Below the pieces are notes generated by a model. That model saw only the letters and a list, made by a program, of their open reading frames with translations. It did not search any database and was not told the DNA's origin. From assembly GCA_963796275.1 (NCBI GenBank), contig CAWCKY010000002.1:384001-448000 (forward strand): DNA of 64,000 bases, in the 5' to 3' direction. Position numbers and translations under genes: made by a program. This document shows positions 51,705-61,102 of this stretch, piece by piece (positions within the stretch are counted from its first letter, which is position 1; every line of letters starts with the position of its first letter). The DNA comes from an uncultured Acidobacteriota bacterium (GTDB lineage: Bacteria; Acidobacteriota; Blastocatellia; RBC074).

Positions 51705-53075
51705 TTGAAGATCCGACTACTACTCACATCTCAAAGTTTATCACTGCTGTTAATCACGCTCGGCCTGTTTTACACGAGAATTAACGCATCATCGGCTCCA
51801 CTGCAGCAGGATGAGAAAACCCTTGCTATCTCTTTGCCGGTTCAGTCAGGCGGCAGCGGTGTCGATGGTGTGACGCATAATCAATCTACCAGCGCCGTCA
51901 CGCGCTGGAACGCGATAGCGATCCAGGTTCTTCCCGTCGATCCTGGGCTGATTCTGGATTCGCGAGCTTTCGCCATCATGCATGCCGCCATTCACGACGC
52001 AGTAAACGGTGTGGAGCGGCGTTATCAATCCTATACGTTCAGTCTATCTTCGCCAGGGGCTTCGATCGATGCTGCCGTGGCAGCTGCAGCACGCGACGTT
52101 CTCGTGGCGCTTTCACCGAGCCAGCAAGCAGTGGTCGAAATCGCATACGCAGCCGCGTTGCTTGCGATTCCCGACGGACCCGCAAAGAATGCGGGCATAT
52201 CTCTGGGCCAGCAAAGTGCAGCCGCGAATCTCATGCGAAGAATGGGAGATGGTTCCGATATCGCAACAGGCCCGGCGTATGTTCCAACCGGGAACCCGGG
52301 CGACTACGATTTCACGCCTCCCTTCGATCAGGCGCCGTTGGGGCCCGCGGCACTGTTTCCCGGGTGGGGCAATGTCACACCATTCGGCATTGGCCTGGAT
52401 CGACATCAGCTGCCCGGGCCCGATCCGCTCAACAGTGATCGTTACGCGCACGATTTCAATTACGTCAAGTCCATCGGCAGATTGAACAGTACGACGCGCA
52501 CCCCGGAACAGACGGACATCGCGCTCTTCTGGTTCGAGTTCTCGCCGGTGGGCTGGAATCGCATCGCCAACACGATCGTGCGCCAGCAGAATGTCGATAT
52601 CTGGGAGGCGGCACGTATCATGGCGCTGGTTAACTTCGCACTGGCAGACGGATACATCGTCGGATTCCACGCTAAATATAAATTCCGCTTCTGGCGGCCT
52701 TACACGGCCATCCGAAAAGCTGCTGAGGATGGCAATCCGCACACCAAGCCCGATCCACAATGGCTTCCTCTGCAGGCGCCGGCGTTTTTCACTCCGCCTG
52801 TTCCGGACTATCCGTCGACGCACTCGGTGCTTGGCGCCGCTGCGGCTGAAGTGCTGATCCAGAGCTTCGGCGATCACGTACGTTTCGATGTGATCAGCAC
52901 GACCCTGCCAGGTGAGACCCGACGATTCGACAGTCTGACACGGGCAGCCCTGGAAAACGGCCTGTCACGCGTTTATGGCGGCATTCATTTCCTCCATGCC
53001 GTACAAGACGGTCTTCAGCAGGGAAAGAAAATCGGTCGAGCGGTAAGTGGATTACTACCAGAGGTGAATCGGTAG
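51705..53075 (+). CDS. Secreted vanadium haloperoxidase / PAP2-superfamily enzyme
   Basis: AKYKFRFWRP, PDYPSTHS, SRVYGGIHF; signal peptide; TTG start after AGGAGG. Confidence 0.82.
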   Translation: MKIRLLLTSQSLSLLLITLGLFYTRINASSAPLQQDEKTLAISLPVQSGGSGVDGVTHNQSTSAVTRWNAIAIQVLPVDPGLILDSRAFAIMHAAIHDAVNGVERRYQSYTFSLSSPGASIDAAVAAAARDVLVALSPSQQAVVEIAYAAALLAIPDGPAKNAGISLGQQSAAANLMRRMGDGSDIATGPAYVPTGNPGDYDFTPPFDQAPLGPAALFPGWGNVTPFGIGLDRHQLPGPDPLNSDRYAHDFNYVKSIGRLNSTTRTPEQTDIALFWFEFSPVGWNRIANTIVRQQNVDIWEAARIMALVNFALADGYIVGFHAKYKFRFWRPYTAIRKAAEDGNPHTKPDPQWLPLQAPAFFTPPVPDYPSTHSVLGAAAAEVLIQSFGDHVRFDVISTTLPGETRRFDSLTRAALENGLSRVYGGIHFLHAVQDGLQQGKKIGRAVSGLLPEVNR

Positions 53076-53108
53076 GACCGCAGATCGCTACAAATCTATG
53101 AATTCAAT

Positions 53109-53185
53109 ATTCCAGCGTAGTGGTGGACCTGGTGTGTCCGGGATTCGGTGTACCTCAGCAGACACATAGGTCCCTACGCTGGAAT
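53109..53185. repeat. Degenerate GTAG-type REP hairpin
   Basis: ATTCCAGCGTAG...GGACCTGGTGTGTC pairs with GACACATAGGTCC...CTACGCTGGAAT. Confidence 0.65.
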
Positions 53186-53284
53186 CCATATGAAAATCCG
53201 CTGTAGTCGAACTTTAGCCGACTTTTCGCCATTTCTTCGTTTTTTTTCGTTACACTGAGTATAAAAAACGCGGATATTACATCA

Positions 53285-54037
53285 ATGCCAAAAAGGCTGG
53301 ATATAACAGAACACATCTCGTCCAAACAGAAGAAGCAGCTGTATGTCAACCAACTGTTTGAGACTATCGCTTCGCACTACGATTTCTTCACGGTCTTTTT
53401 CTCTTATGGAATGGATCGAAGTTGGAAGCGTAAATTGATTGAGATGCTCAATCTGAGAGCGGACGAGAAAGCGCTCGATATAGCGTGCGGGACCGGTGAT
53501 ATCGCGCTTGCGCTCGGAGAGGAGTTCCAATCAGGAAATGTTATAGGTTTGGATATCACTCAGGCGATGATCGAGATCGCCGAAAACAAGCGTCGCGCTA
53601 AAAATCTCAGCAACGTCTCATTCCACCGCGGCGACATCATGTCCCTTCCCTTCACCGATGCTTCATTTGATTGCGTGTCATGTGGTTATGCGCTACGCAA
53701 TGTCCCCGATGTGATGCTGGCATTAAGTGAGATCAAGCGGGTTCTCAAACCGGGCGGGCGTTTCTACTCACTCGATTTCGCCCACCCTCAGAACAGGATT
53801 TATCGATGGCTTTATCTCTATTATCTTGTCATCACCGGCTCAATTGTCGGATATTTATTGCATAGAGACTCAGATACCTACCGCTATATTGCGGAAAGCC
53901 TGAAACGATATCCCGGCCAGATCGGTGTGCTGGAGGTAATGAATCGCCTCGGTTTCGTCGAGACTGGATTTCACGAGTTCGGTGGGGGCATTACAGCAAT
54001 CAATTATGGGACGAAACCGAATTGCGACGAGCTATAA
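53285..54037 (+). CDS. ubiE: UbiE/MenG-family SAM methyltransferase
   Basis: [22 protein letters not shown]...FD, GYALRNV, RVLKPGG, YRYIAES. Confidence 0.75.
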   Translation: MPKRLDITEHISSKQKKQLYVNQLFETIASHYDFFTVFFSYGMDRSWKRKLIEMLNLRADEKALDIACGTGDIALALGEEFQSGNVIGLDITQAMIEIAENKRRAKNLSNVSFHRGDIMSLPFTDASFDCVSCGYALRNVPDVMLALSEIKRVLKPGGRFYSLDFAHPQNRIYRWLYLYYLVITGSIVGYLLHRDSDTYRYIAESLKRYPGQIGVLEVMNRLGFVETGFHEFGGGITAINYGTKPNCDEL

Positions 54038-54044
54038 CCGGCCC

Positions 54045-54992
54045 TTATAATCGCTTTGTTCGCTCCAATTCCGAGCGGTCCCATGTCCCATTATTGGCAG
54101 CTGCCTCATAGCTGCTTTGCAGGAACTCAAGCAACGCCCGATCCGGGGATGCCGATTGTCGAACCTCGTCATAGGGAAAGATATACTCTCGAAGCTCCGA
54201 ACTGTATATTGCTCCGCCCGGCCCCACACTCGCAGTAGAGAATCCATCGGGCTCAGGATAGGCATAAGAATAAAACAGCGGGTAAGGCATCTGCTCACTT
54301 CCTGGCCAGAACCCGCAACTGCTCACTTCGTGAGAGTATGCTTCGCGCGCGATCCAATCCGGGAGGTGAGGAACTCCACCGGGATGTTCGGGGGCCCTTC
54401 GCCCGGAAAAGCGCGTTACCGCCAGGTCGAAACTTCCCCAGAAGAAATGCACAGGGCTGCATTTGCCCATAAATCGAGCACGGAATTGCTTGAATACTCG
54501 GTCAGCCTGCACCAGCGCGCGCCAGAACAGGTTGGCATAATGAGCATCATATGAAGCATGTTCTCTATCTTTATTAAACGGAATGGCGGTTGCCACTTCA
54601 TTGGGCATCGTATTAATCGTCACCTTCAGATTCAAATGGGTCAATGCGGCGAGCAACTCTTCGTAAAAGTCTGCTACTGAGCGGGGTGCGAGCGATATTA
54701 TTTTAACCTGGCCATCGCTCGTTTGGACTAATAACTTGTGGTCAATGAAATCGAAATCGATCTGAAATGTCCGAATCCCATAAGGAATAGGCGACGTGGT
54801 CAGACCGCGTGATGTGACGTAAAGGGAAGTGTGCCACGAGTGATTGATCCAGGGAGTCTGGACAAGCCTGATCTTCCCAACGATCTGCGTCCACATATGG
54901 AGCGTTGCATAGGTAGCTTTCCACTCCTGGAAAGGCAGGCTCGGCCAACCGTCACTAGTTGGAGCGCTGCCGAAAGAATTTAGATTAGTCAT
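54045..54992 (-). CDS. DUF5996-family protein
   Basis: TLHMWTQIVGK, NHSWH, PVHFFWGSFDLAVTRFSG, REAYSHEVSSCGFWPG. Confidence 0.8.
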   Translation of the reverse strand: MTNLNSFGSAPTSDGWPSLPFQEWKATYATLHMWTQIVGKIRLVQTPWINHSWHTSLYVTSRGLTTSPIPYGIRTFQIDFDFIDHKLLVQTSDGQVKIISLAPRSVADFYEELLAALTHLNLKVTINTMPNEVATAIPFNKDREHASYDAHYANLFWRALVQADRVFKQFRARFMGKCSPVHFFWGSFDLAVTRFSGRRAPEHPGGVPHLPDWIAREAYSHEVSSCGFWPGSEQMPYPLFYSYAYPEPDGFSTASVGPGGAIYSSELREYIFPYDEVRQSASPDRALLEFLQSSYEAAANNGTWDRSELERTKRL

Positions 54993-55019
54993 ATACCCTC
55001 CCTGTAATCGCCATCTTTC

Positions 55020-57245
55020 TCAGAGCAACTTGTCGAGCGTGATCGGCAGATCTCGCACGCGCTTGCCGGTCGCGTGGAAAATGGCGTTGGCAATTGCTGC
55101 GGCGACACCGACGATGCCGATTTCGCCCAGGCCTTTGATGCCAAGCGGGTTGACGATCGAATCATTCTCTTTGACGAAGATCACATCGATCTCATGCACG
55201 TCGGCGTTGACCGGGACATGATACTCTGCCAGATTGTGATTGATAAAACGTCCGAAATTCTGATCCATCACGCTCTCTTCTTCCAACGCCATCCCGATGC
55301 CCCAGATGATCGCGCCCATTATCTGACTCCGCGCCGTTTTGGGATTCAGGATGCGCCCTGCGGCGACTGCGCTGACGACGCGCGTGACGCGAATCACACC
55401 GAGGTCCTGGTCGACTTTCACTTCCGCGAATATAGCCGAGTGTGAAAACCGGGCGTATTGCGATTGCTTCTGTTCGTCTGGGCCGGTGGCAGCCTCTTCT
55501 TCGATTATGCTGACTCCGCCCTGGCGCATGACGTCCTTGATAGTCACGGATCGAGAAGCGGCGCCATTCAGCATGATTCGCCCGTCAGAGAACGTGACAT
55601 CTTCGTATCTGGCGCCGGCGAGCGGAGAATTCGCGTCCTTCAGCGCAAGATTGAACAGCCTTTCGCGCACCCGATCGCACACTGCCTTGACCGCCGATCC
55701 AATCGTTGCCGCCGTGAACGAACCGCCTTCGACTGGCGCCTGCGGGAATGACGAGTCGCCGAGTCCGAATGTCACATTCTCAAGCGGCAATCCGAGCATT
55801 TCGGCGGCTATCTGCGTCATGATCGTGTAAGTCCCGGTTCCGATATCAGCGGTTGCGCTGCTCACATTGAATTGGCCTTCAGCGGTTAAAACGGCGCGTG
55901 CGGCCGCCATCATTTGATCTGACTCCCAAACTCCGGTCGCCATGCCCCAACCGATCAGCTGATCGCCATCCTTCATAGATCGCGGTTTGTGATTGCGTTT
56001 TGACCAACCGAACTTTTCCGCCCCTTGCCGGTAACATTCGCGCAGTTCCTTACTGGAAAAAGGTTTGTCTTGATTCTGATCCTTTTCGGTGTAGTTCTTC
56101 AGCCGCAGCTCGAGCGGATCAACCCCGAGTTGATGGGCGAGTTCGTCCATCGCGCTTTCGAGCGCAAACAGACCCCAGGCTGCGCCCGGCGCGCGCATAT
56201 CAGTGGGCGTATTAACGTCGAGCTGCGCGACTTTGTGTTCGAGCCTGGTGTTTTCGCAGCGATAGAGCATGCCCGACCAATGGACTACGGGCTCGCTGTA
56301 ATCTTCAAATCGCGAAGTCTCTGCGAACACATTGTGGATGATGGATTCCAACGCACCATCAGGCGCGGCGCCGAGCCCTAATTTCTGTTGAATCGCGGGA
56401 CGATGGCCCAAGGAGAACATCTGCTGGCGCGTCAAAGTGACTTTGACCGAACGTTTGAGTTCACGCGCCGCCAACACCGCCAGGAATACTTGATACTGCG
56501 GGCGCAAACCCAAACCGAACCCTCCGCCGACAAAAGGCGAGAGTACGCGGATGTCGTTTTTGGAAAGACCGAAGATATTGCAGATGTATTCCTGGACATT
56601 TTGCACACCCTGCGTTTTGTCGAAGATGGTCATCTTACCGTTATCTTCCCAGACCACGGTCGTCGCGAACGGCTCCATCGGATTGTGATGTTCGAAGGGC
56701 GAGCCGTATTCAGCTTCAAACTGTACGGCGGCTTTGGCAAAAGCTTTTTCGGCGTCGCCGCGCGGTTCTGGCACCGGCGGGATAACTGTTCTGGGTTTCG
56801 GTATGTACGCCTCTTCGTGCAATTCATTCAAATCAGTTGCGTGCGGCTCGCTATGATACTCGACGCGGACGAGCGTCGCCGCGTAGCGCGCCAACTCAAG
56901 ATTTTCGGCGACAACCAGCGCGATGGGTTGCGCGCTGTACTTGATAATGTCGTCGTGAAGCGGGCGGAACGGCGAACCGGGAGGCGCGACCTGGTCGGTG
57001 TAACTATCGTCAGACTGCGCCAGGCGAGGCGCGTTTTCGTGTGTGAAGACCTGCAGCACGCCATCGAGCCGTAACGCATCGCTTGCGTCTATCTTCGTGA
57101 TCCTGCCTTTGGCGATCGCGCTTGAAACGACGTAACCGTAGGCCAGATTCGGAACATTGTATTCAGCGGCGTACTTCGCCGCGCCCGTCACTTTGGCGCG
57201 CCCGTCAACGCGATTGGTGGGCTCTCCGATGTAACTTGTCTTCAT
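55020..57245 (-). CDS. Xanthine-dehydrogenase-family molybdopterin subunit (PaoC/YagR-like)
   Basis: RVDGRAKVTGAAKY, HHNPMEP, GGGFG, MRAPG, DIGTG, KGLGEIG, KRVRDLPIT. Confidence 0.92.
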   Translation of the reverse strand: MKTSYIGEPTNRVDGRAKVTGAAKYAAEYNVPNLAYGYVVSSAIAKGRITKIDASDALRLDGVLQVFTHENAPRLAQSDDSYTDQVAPPGSPFRPLHDDIIKYSAQPIALVVAENLELARYAATLVRVEYHSEPHATDLNELHEEAYIPKPRTVIPPVPEPRGDAEKAFAKAAVQFEAEYGSPFEHHNPMEPFATTVVWEDNGKMTIFDKTQGVQNVQEYICNIFGLSKNDIRVLSPFVGGGFGLGLRPQYQVFLAVLAARELKRSVKVTLTRQQMFSLGHRPAIQQKLGLGAAPDGALESIIHNVFAETSRFEDYSEPVVHWSGMLYRCENTRLEHKVAQLDVNTPTDMRAPGAAWGLFALESAMDELAHQLGVDPLELRLKNYTEKDQNQDKPFSSKELRECYRQGAEKFGWSKRNHKPRSMKDGDQLIGWGMATGVWESDQMMAAARAVLTAEGQFNVSSATADIGTGTYTIMTQIAAEMLGLPLENVTFGLGDSSFPQAPVEGGSFTAATIGSAVKAVCDRVRERLFNLALKDANSPLAGARYEDVTFSDGRIMLNGAASRSVTIKDVMRQGGVSIIEEEAATGPDEQKQSQYARFSHSAIFAEVKVDQDLGVIRVTRVVSAVAAGRILNPKTARSQIMGAIIWGIGMALEEESVMDQNFGRFINHNLAEYHVPVNADVHEIDVIFVKENDSIVNPLGIKGLGEIGIVGVAAAIANAIFHATGKRVRDLPITLDKLL

Positions 57246-58236
57246 GTTTCTGCTCCATTTCTGCGGCTTGCCGCAACGCGCGCACGATGGCGCGTTTCGC
57301 CAATTCAATTTTGAATGTGTTATAGCTGAAGCCTTTTGCATCGCGCACGATCGCCTCGGCGGCTCTTTGAAAGTTCTCTTTGGTGGCGTCCTTTCCGTTC
57401 AGCATTCGCTCGGCTTCCGCATCGCGCCAGGGCTTGTGCGCCACTCCGCCGAGCGCGAGCCGCGCCTCTTTGATCCTGCTTCCATCCATTTCAAGCGCGG
57501 CGGCAACCGATACGAGCGCAAATGCATACGATGCGCGGTCACGGACTTTCAAATAGGTGTAATTTTTGGCGAAGCCTCTCGCGGGCAGGTCGACCGCGGT
57601 GATAATTTCGTCCGCCTGCAAATTAGTGTCGATCTGCGGCGTGTCTCCCGGCAGACGGTGAAATTCGGCGAAAGGTATGATGCGGTCGCCCTTCTTCCCC
57701 GTTACACGCACCGTGGCTCCCAGCGCGGCAAGTGCGACGCACATATCCGACGGGTGGGTAGCGATGCAGTGTTCGCTTGCGCCTAAAATCGCGTGTATGC
57801 GGTTGAAACCATCGATCGCGGAACAGGCTGTCCCCGGCTCGCGTTTATTGCAGGGCGTCGCCGTATCGTAAAAATAGTAGCAACGGGTGCGCTGCATAAG
57901 ATTTCCGCCCGTCGTTGCCATGTTGCGCAATTGCGGCGATGCGCCCGCCAGAATAGCCTGTGAGAGGAGCGGGTAACGTTTTTCGACCTGCTCGTTGTAA
58001 GCGACATCTGTATTCGTGACGAGCGCGCCAATTCGCAATCCGCCATCCCCGGTATCTTCGATTCGGTCCAAAGGCAAATGTGTGATATCGATTAAACGCG
58101 TGGGGCGCGCGACGTTCTCCTTCATCAAATCGATCAGGTTCGTACCGCCTGCGATAAAACGCGCCGCGCCATCTTTCGCAATCTCGTTGACGGCGGTCTC
58201 TACATCGGAGGCTCGCGTGTAAGAAAACCTGTTCAT
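57205..58236 (-). CDS. FAD-binding subunit (PaoB/YagS-like)
   Basis: AGGTNLIDLMK, GASPQLRNMAT, QRTRC...C...C (4Fe-4S insert), HPSD, RDRASYAFA. Confidence 0.92.
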   Translation of the reverse strand: MNRFSYTRASDVETAVNEIAKDGAARFIAGGTNLIDLMKENVARPTRLIDITHLPLDRIEDTGDGGLRIGALVTNTDVAYNEQVEKRYPLLSQAILAGASPQLRNMATTGGNLMQRTRCYYFYDTATPCNKREPGTACSAIDGFNRIHAILGASEHCIATHPSDMCVALAALGATVRVTGKKGDRIIPFAEFHRLPGDTPQIDTNLQADEIITAVDLPARGFAKNYTYLKVRDRASYAFALVSVAAALEMDGSRIKEARLALGGVAHKPWRDAEAERMLNGKDATKENFQRAAEAIVRDAKGFSYNTFKIELAKRAIVRALRQAAEMEQKHEDKLHRRAHQSR

Positions 58237-58841
58237 GATTTCGCCTTTCTTTTAACTGCCTGCCCTTTTTTGCTGGCCTGCCCCTTTTTACCGGACCGCC
58301 CCTTTGCCCTTCCCTTCTCACGCCCATTCCCCTGCATGACCTGCTGAATCGCCGCTACGATGTTCGGATAAGCGCCGCAACGGCAGATGTTGCCGCTCAT
58401 CAATTCGCGGATATCATCCACCGTCTTCGCTCTGCCCTCACTGATCAACCCGATAGAAGAGCATATCTGCCCCGACGTGCAATACCCGCATTGAAAAGCG
58501 TCGTGGTCGATAAAGGCTTGCTGCAAAGGATCGAGTGAATCTTCTGTGGCCAGCCCCTCGATCGTCTGCACTTCCGCGCCATCTTTCATAATCGCCAAAG
58601 TCAGACATGAGTTGATGCGCCGGCCATTCACAAGGACGGTGCAAGCTCCGCATTGCCCATGGTCGCACCCTTTTTTCGTACCCGTTAAATTTAGATACTC
58701 GCGCAATAAATCGAGCAAGGTCGTCCAAGGCGCAATCTCCAATCTTTTTTCCGCGCCGTTAACTTTGAGCGTGATCAAACTCTTCGAGAGCGCCGCAGAC
58801 GGGACTTTTCCAACGATCTCTTCGCCTGATTTGTTATTCAT
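58233..58841 (-). CDS. 2Fe-2S subunit (PaoA/YagT-like), no Tat leader
   Basis: GTKKGCDHGQCGACT, FQCGYCT, NICRCGAY; Lys-rich repetitive tail. Confidence 0.92.
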   Translation of the reverse strand: MNNKSGEEIVGKVPSAALSKSLITLKVNGAEKRLEIAPWTTLLDLLREYLNLTGTKKGCDHGQCGACTVLVNGRRINSCLTLAIMKDGAEVQTIEGLATEDSLDPLQQAFIDHDAFQCGYCTSGQICSSIGLISEGRAKTVDDIRELMSGNICRCGAYPNIVAAIQQVMQGNGREKGRAKGRSGKKGQASKKGQAVKRKAKS

Positions 58842-58934
58842 ATTGAATCCTGACAATCCTATTGGAATGCAGCAGGCAAAAGTCATGCTGCCGGATTTTT
58901 TACAGGAGGGATGGATGACGGCCTAATATTAAAT

Positions 58935-58970
58935 GTTGGGATTTAAAAGTTGGGAATTTAAAGTTGGGAA
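58935..58970. repeat. Three 14-bp-period direct repeats (GTTGGGA...)
   Basis: GTTGGGA at 58935, 58949 and 58963 in the divergent paoA/aac(3) spacer. Confidence 0.6.
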
Positions 58971-59069
58971 CCTTAATATGAGCCAACACTAATTCTATTA
59001 TAAAAAGATGGCGTTTCCAAGCATTGTCCGCGAGGTTGATGCGAAGTACGAAATAGACGAAAGGATCAG

Positions 59070-59587
59070 ATGCGTAAAACTATTTCTCTTAGCGAATATA
59101 CCGAGCAACTCCTCGCGTTTGGAGTGAAGCAGGGGGGCGTTTTACTTGTGCACACAGCGTTCTCGCGGGTGAAACCGGTACAGGATGGGCCGAGCGGTTT
59201 GATCGCGGCGCTCCAGGCAGCAGTCGGACCGTTGGGTACGCTGGCGATGCCGAGCATGAGCGACGACGACGATCATCCTTTCGATCCGAGAAATACGGCC
59301 TGCCGCGGGATGGGAGTAGTCGCCGACACTTTCTGGAGACGGCCGGGCGTCCTCCGCAGCGACAGCCCACACGCTTTCGCGGCGATCGGTCCCAGAGCCG
59401 CCGAAATCACGGCGGATCACCCGGTGGACGTCCCTCATGGCTTGGACAGCCCCGTCGGACGTATCTATGAGCTCGACGGGCAAGTGCTATTACTGGGAGT
59501 GGGACACGATGCAAATACGTATTCCTCCATCCCACTGGCGTGGACATCGAGTGCGATGAGGCCAGGGCGAGTCTTGCTAATTGTTGA
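59070..59587 (+). pseudogene. AAC(3)-IV-like aminoglycoside 3-N-acetyltransferase with an internal deletion and frameshift
   Basis: [11 protein letters not shown]...TLAMPS...DTFWR...[16 protein letters not shown], then in another frame [19 protein letters not shown] (stop 59585-59587). Confidence 0.8.
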
Positions 59588-59693
59588 TTTCGTGGTATGC
59601 GGAAATACAGCCTGGATCTAAAGTATTGATGCTTTCCGGCAGTTCGAAATGCTGGACGAAGCAACGACACGGAGGTTAAAGATGATAAGAAAA

Positions 59694-61001
59694 TCAATCG
59701 CGCATCGACAGCACACGGTCGAGCAATTGGCGGACAATCGGTGACTCTGGATTTGCCTCGCGTAACCTGAGAAATTCAACCTCCGCTTCATCCAGCAGCC
59801 CGTCTCGCGTATAAAGCACCCCCAGCGTCAGATGTGATCCGGCGTAGATGCGCTGCGACCGCTTCAATTCATCCGCCCGGGCGCGATCAAGAATACGGAA
59901 TCTCGCCTCCGGCGCAGGTGAGCGCGGAGAGGTGAATTCCTGCCCATCTTTTATGGCTTTCACTACCCAGAAATAGACTTTGCCTCGAGTGAGTGTTTTA
60001 GACGCTGTCCACGTATTATCGATTAGTTGTGGGCTGTTTATCACGGGAATGAGCTGATCATCGTATACCTCAACGACGTAACTCACCGCACCATCCAGCC
60101 GCGACCAGCGAAAAGTCGGACGGTCTGACAGAATTACACTTCCTACCGGTTTGATAATCGAGAACTCTCTTTCGTGGCGTTGGCTGCCTCTTATCTGCAT
60201 TTCATCCGAACGGGTCAATCCTGACAGAAGCGGTGATTTTTCGAGTTTCTGATCGGTGAGCACGCCTTTTATCAGCTTCAGGTAACCGGGAGATAAGTTA
60301 TCAATTCCCGATAAATTTCCGATCCTGTCGAGCGTTACCTTACGATTACCATCATTGAGCCGGACCACAATCATCTCTGGTCCGTCTTCCCGCTCGGGCG
60401 TGGGTGAGACCGGCGTTAATGCGGGCGCGGCATGCGAGAGGGGCGTCTCGACAAGTCCCGGATCTTTGCCTCCTATCGATTTCAAAATCAACCAACCGCC
60501 TAGAATTAGGAAGAGCGTCGCCATAGTTGAGCTGAAGACGAGTGCGCCGGGTCCCGGAACGAGCGAGGCTATAGGTGCAAATATGCGATGCCACCATTTT
60601 TCAGCCACGGCCGTAGCAGGCCGATATTCGCGATTAAGATCGTCGGCGACGCGAGCCCTGAAAGCCCGTAGATCATTGACGGCCATCTCGCACAGTTCGC
60701 ATCCGGTCAAATGATCTTTGACTATCTGCAGCACCTCCCCGACAAGAAGATCATCGATGTACCCGGCAATTTCTTCGGGAGTCAAATGCGCTCGCCCTCC
60801 AGGTGGAAAAGGCATCTCTGCTTCGCCGAATGCCTCGGACTTCAACAGGAAGAATGCCGTATCGCTGCGCAGCGCTCTTTCGACTTCACTGCCGCACTCC
60901 TCGCAGACACTCAGGTGATGGGAGACAGAGAACAGTTCCGTTGCCGAGAGTCTATGACGCCCATAATCTTCAATCTGGGTTTTAGTAAGATGCTCAGACA
61001 A
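59694..61001 (-). CDS. Membrane anti-sigma factor with two tandem zinc fingers and a large extracytoplasmic domain
   Basis: HHLSVCEEC and DHLTGCELC, each preceded by HLT; TM helix; Pro-rich linker; beta-rich domain (PTFRW, YVVEV, YFWVVKA); terminal TPR-like helices. Confidence 0.75.
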   Translation of the reverse strand: MSEHLTKTQIEDYGRHRLSATELFSVSHHLSVCEECGSEVERALRSDTAFFLLKSEAFGEAEMPFPPGGRAHLTPEEIAGYIDDLLVGEVLQIVKDHLTGCELCEMAVNDLRAFRARVADDLNREYRPATAVAEKWWHRIFAPIASLVPGPGALVFSSTMATLFLILGGWLILKSIGGKDPGLVETPLSHAAPALTPVSPTPEREDGPEMIVVRLNDGNRKVTLDRIGNLSGIDNLSPGYLKLIKGVLTDQKLEKSPLLSGLTRSDEMQIRGSQRHEREFSIIKPVGSVILSDRPTFRWSRLDGAVSYVVEVYDDQLIPVINSPQLIDNTWTASKTLTRGKVYFWVVKAIKDGQEFTSPRSPAPEARFRILDRARADELKRSQRIYAGSHLTLGVLYTRDGLLDEAEVEFLRLREANPESPIVRQLLDRVLSMRD

Positions 61002-61102
61002 TCGTCGTTACCTCACAGCCTTTTCTATTGTGCTCCTGCACCTCTAACTATCTGACTTATAATCATATAAGTTGCTTAAATTCTCCTTCTATTACCATCA
61101 GT

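Noticed and set aside
57205-57245. 41-nt overlap of paoB-like and paoC-like genes as a programmed frameshift
   Set aside because: Both genes are complete, the downstream gene has its own GGAG RBS and ATG, and no slippery site is evident.
58876-58893. Sigma54-like box upstream of the paoA-like gene
   Set aside because: The spacing only works with AG instead of the invariant GG at -24.
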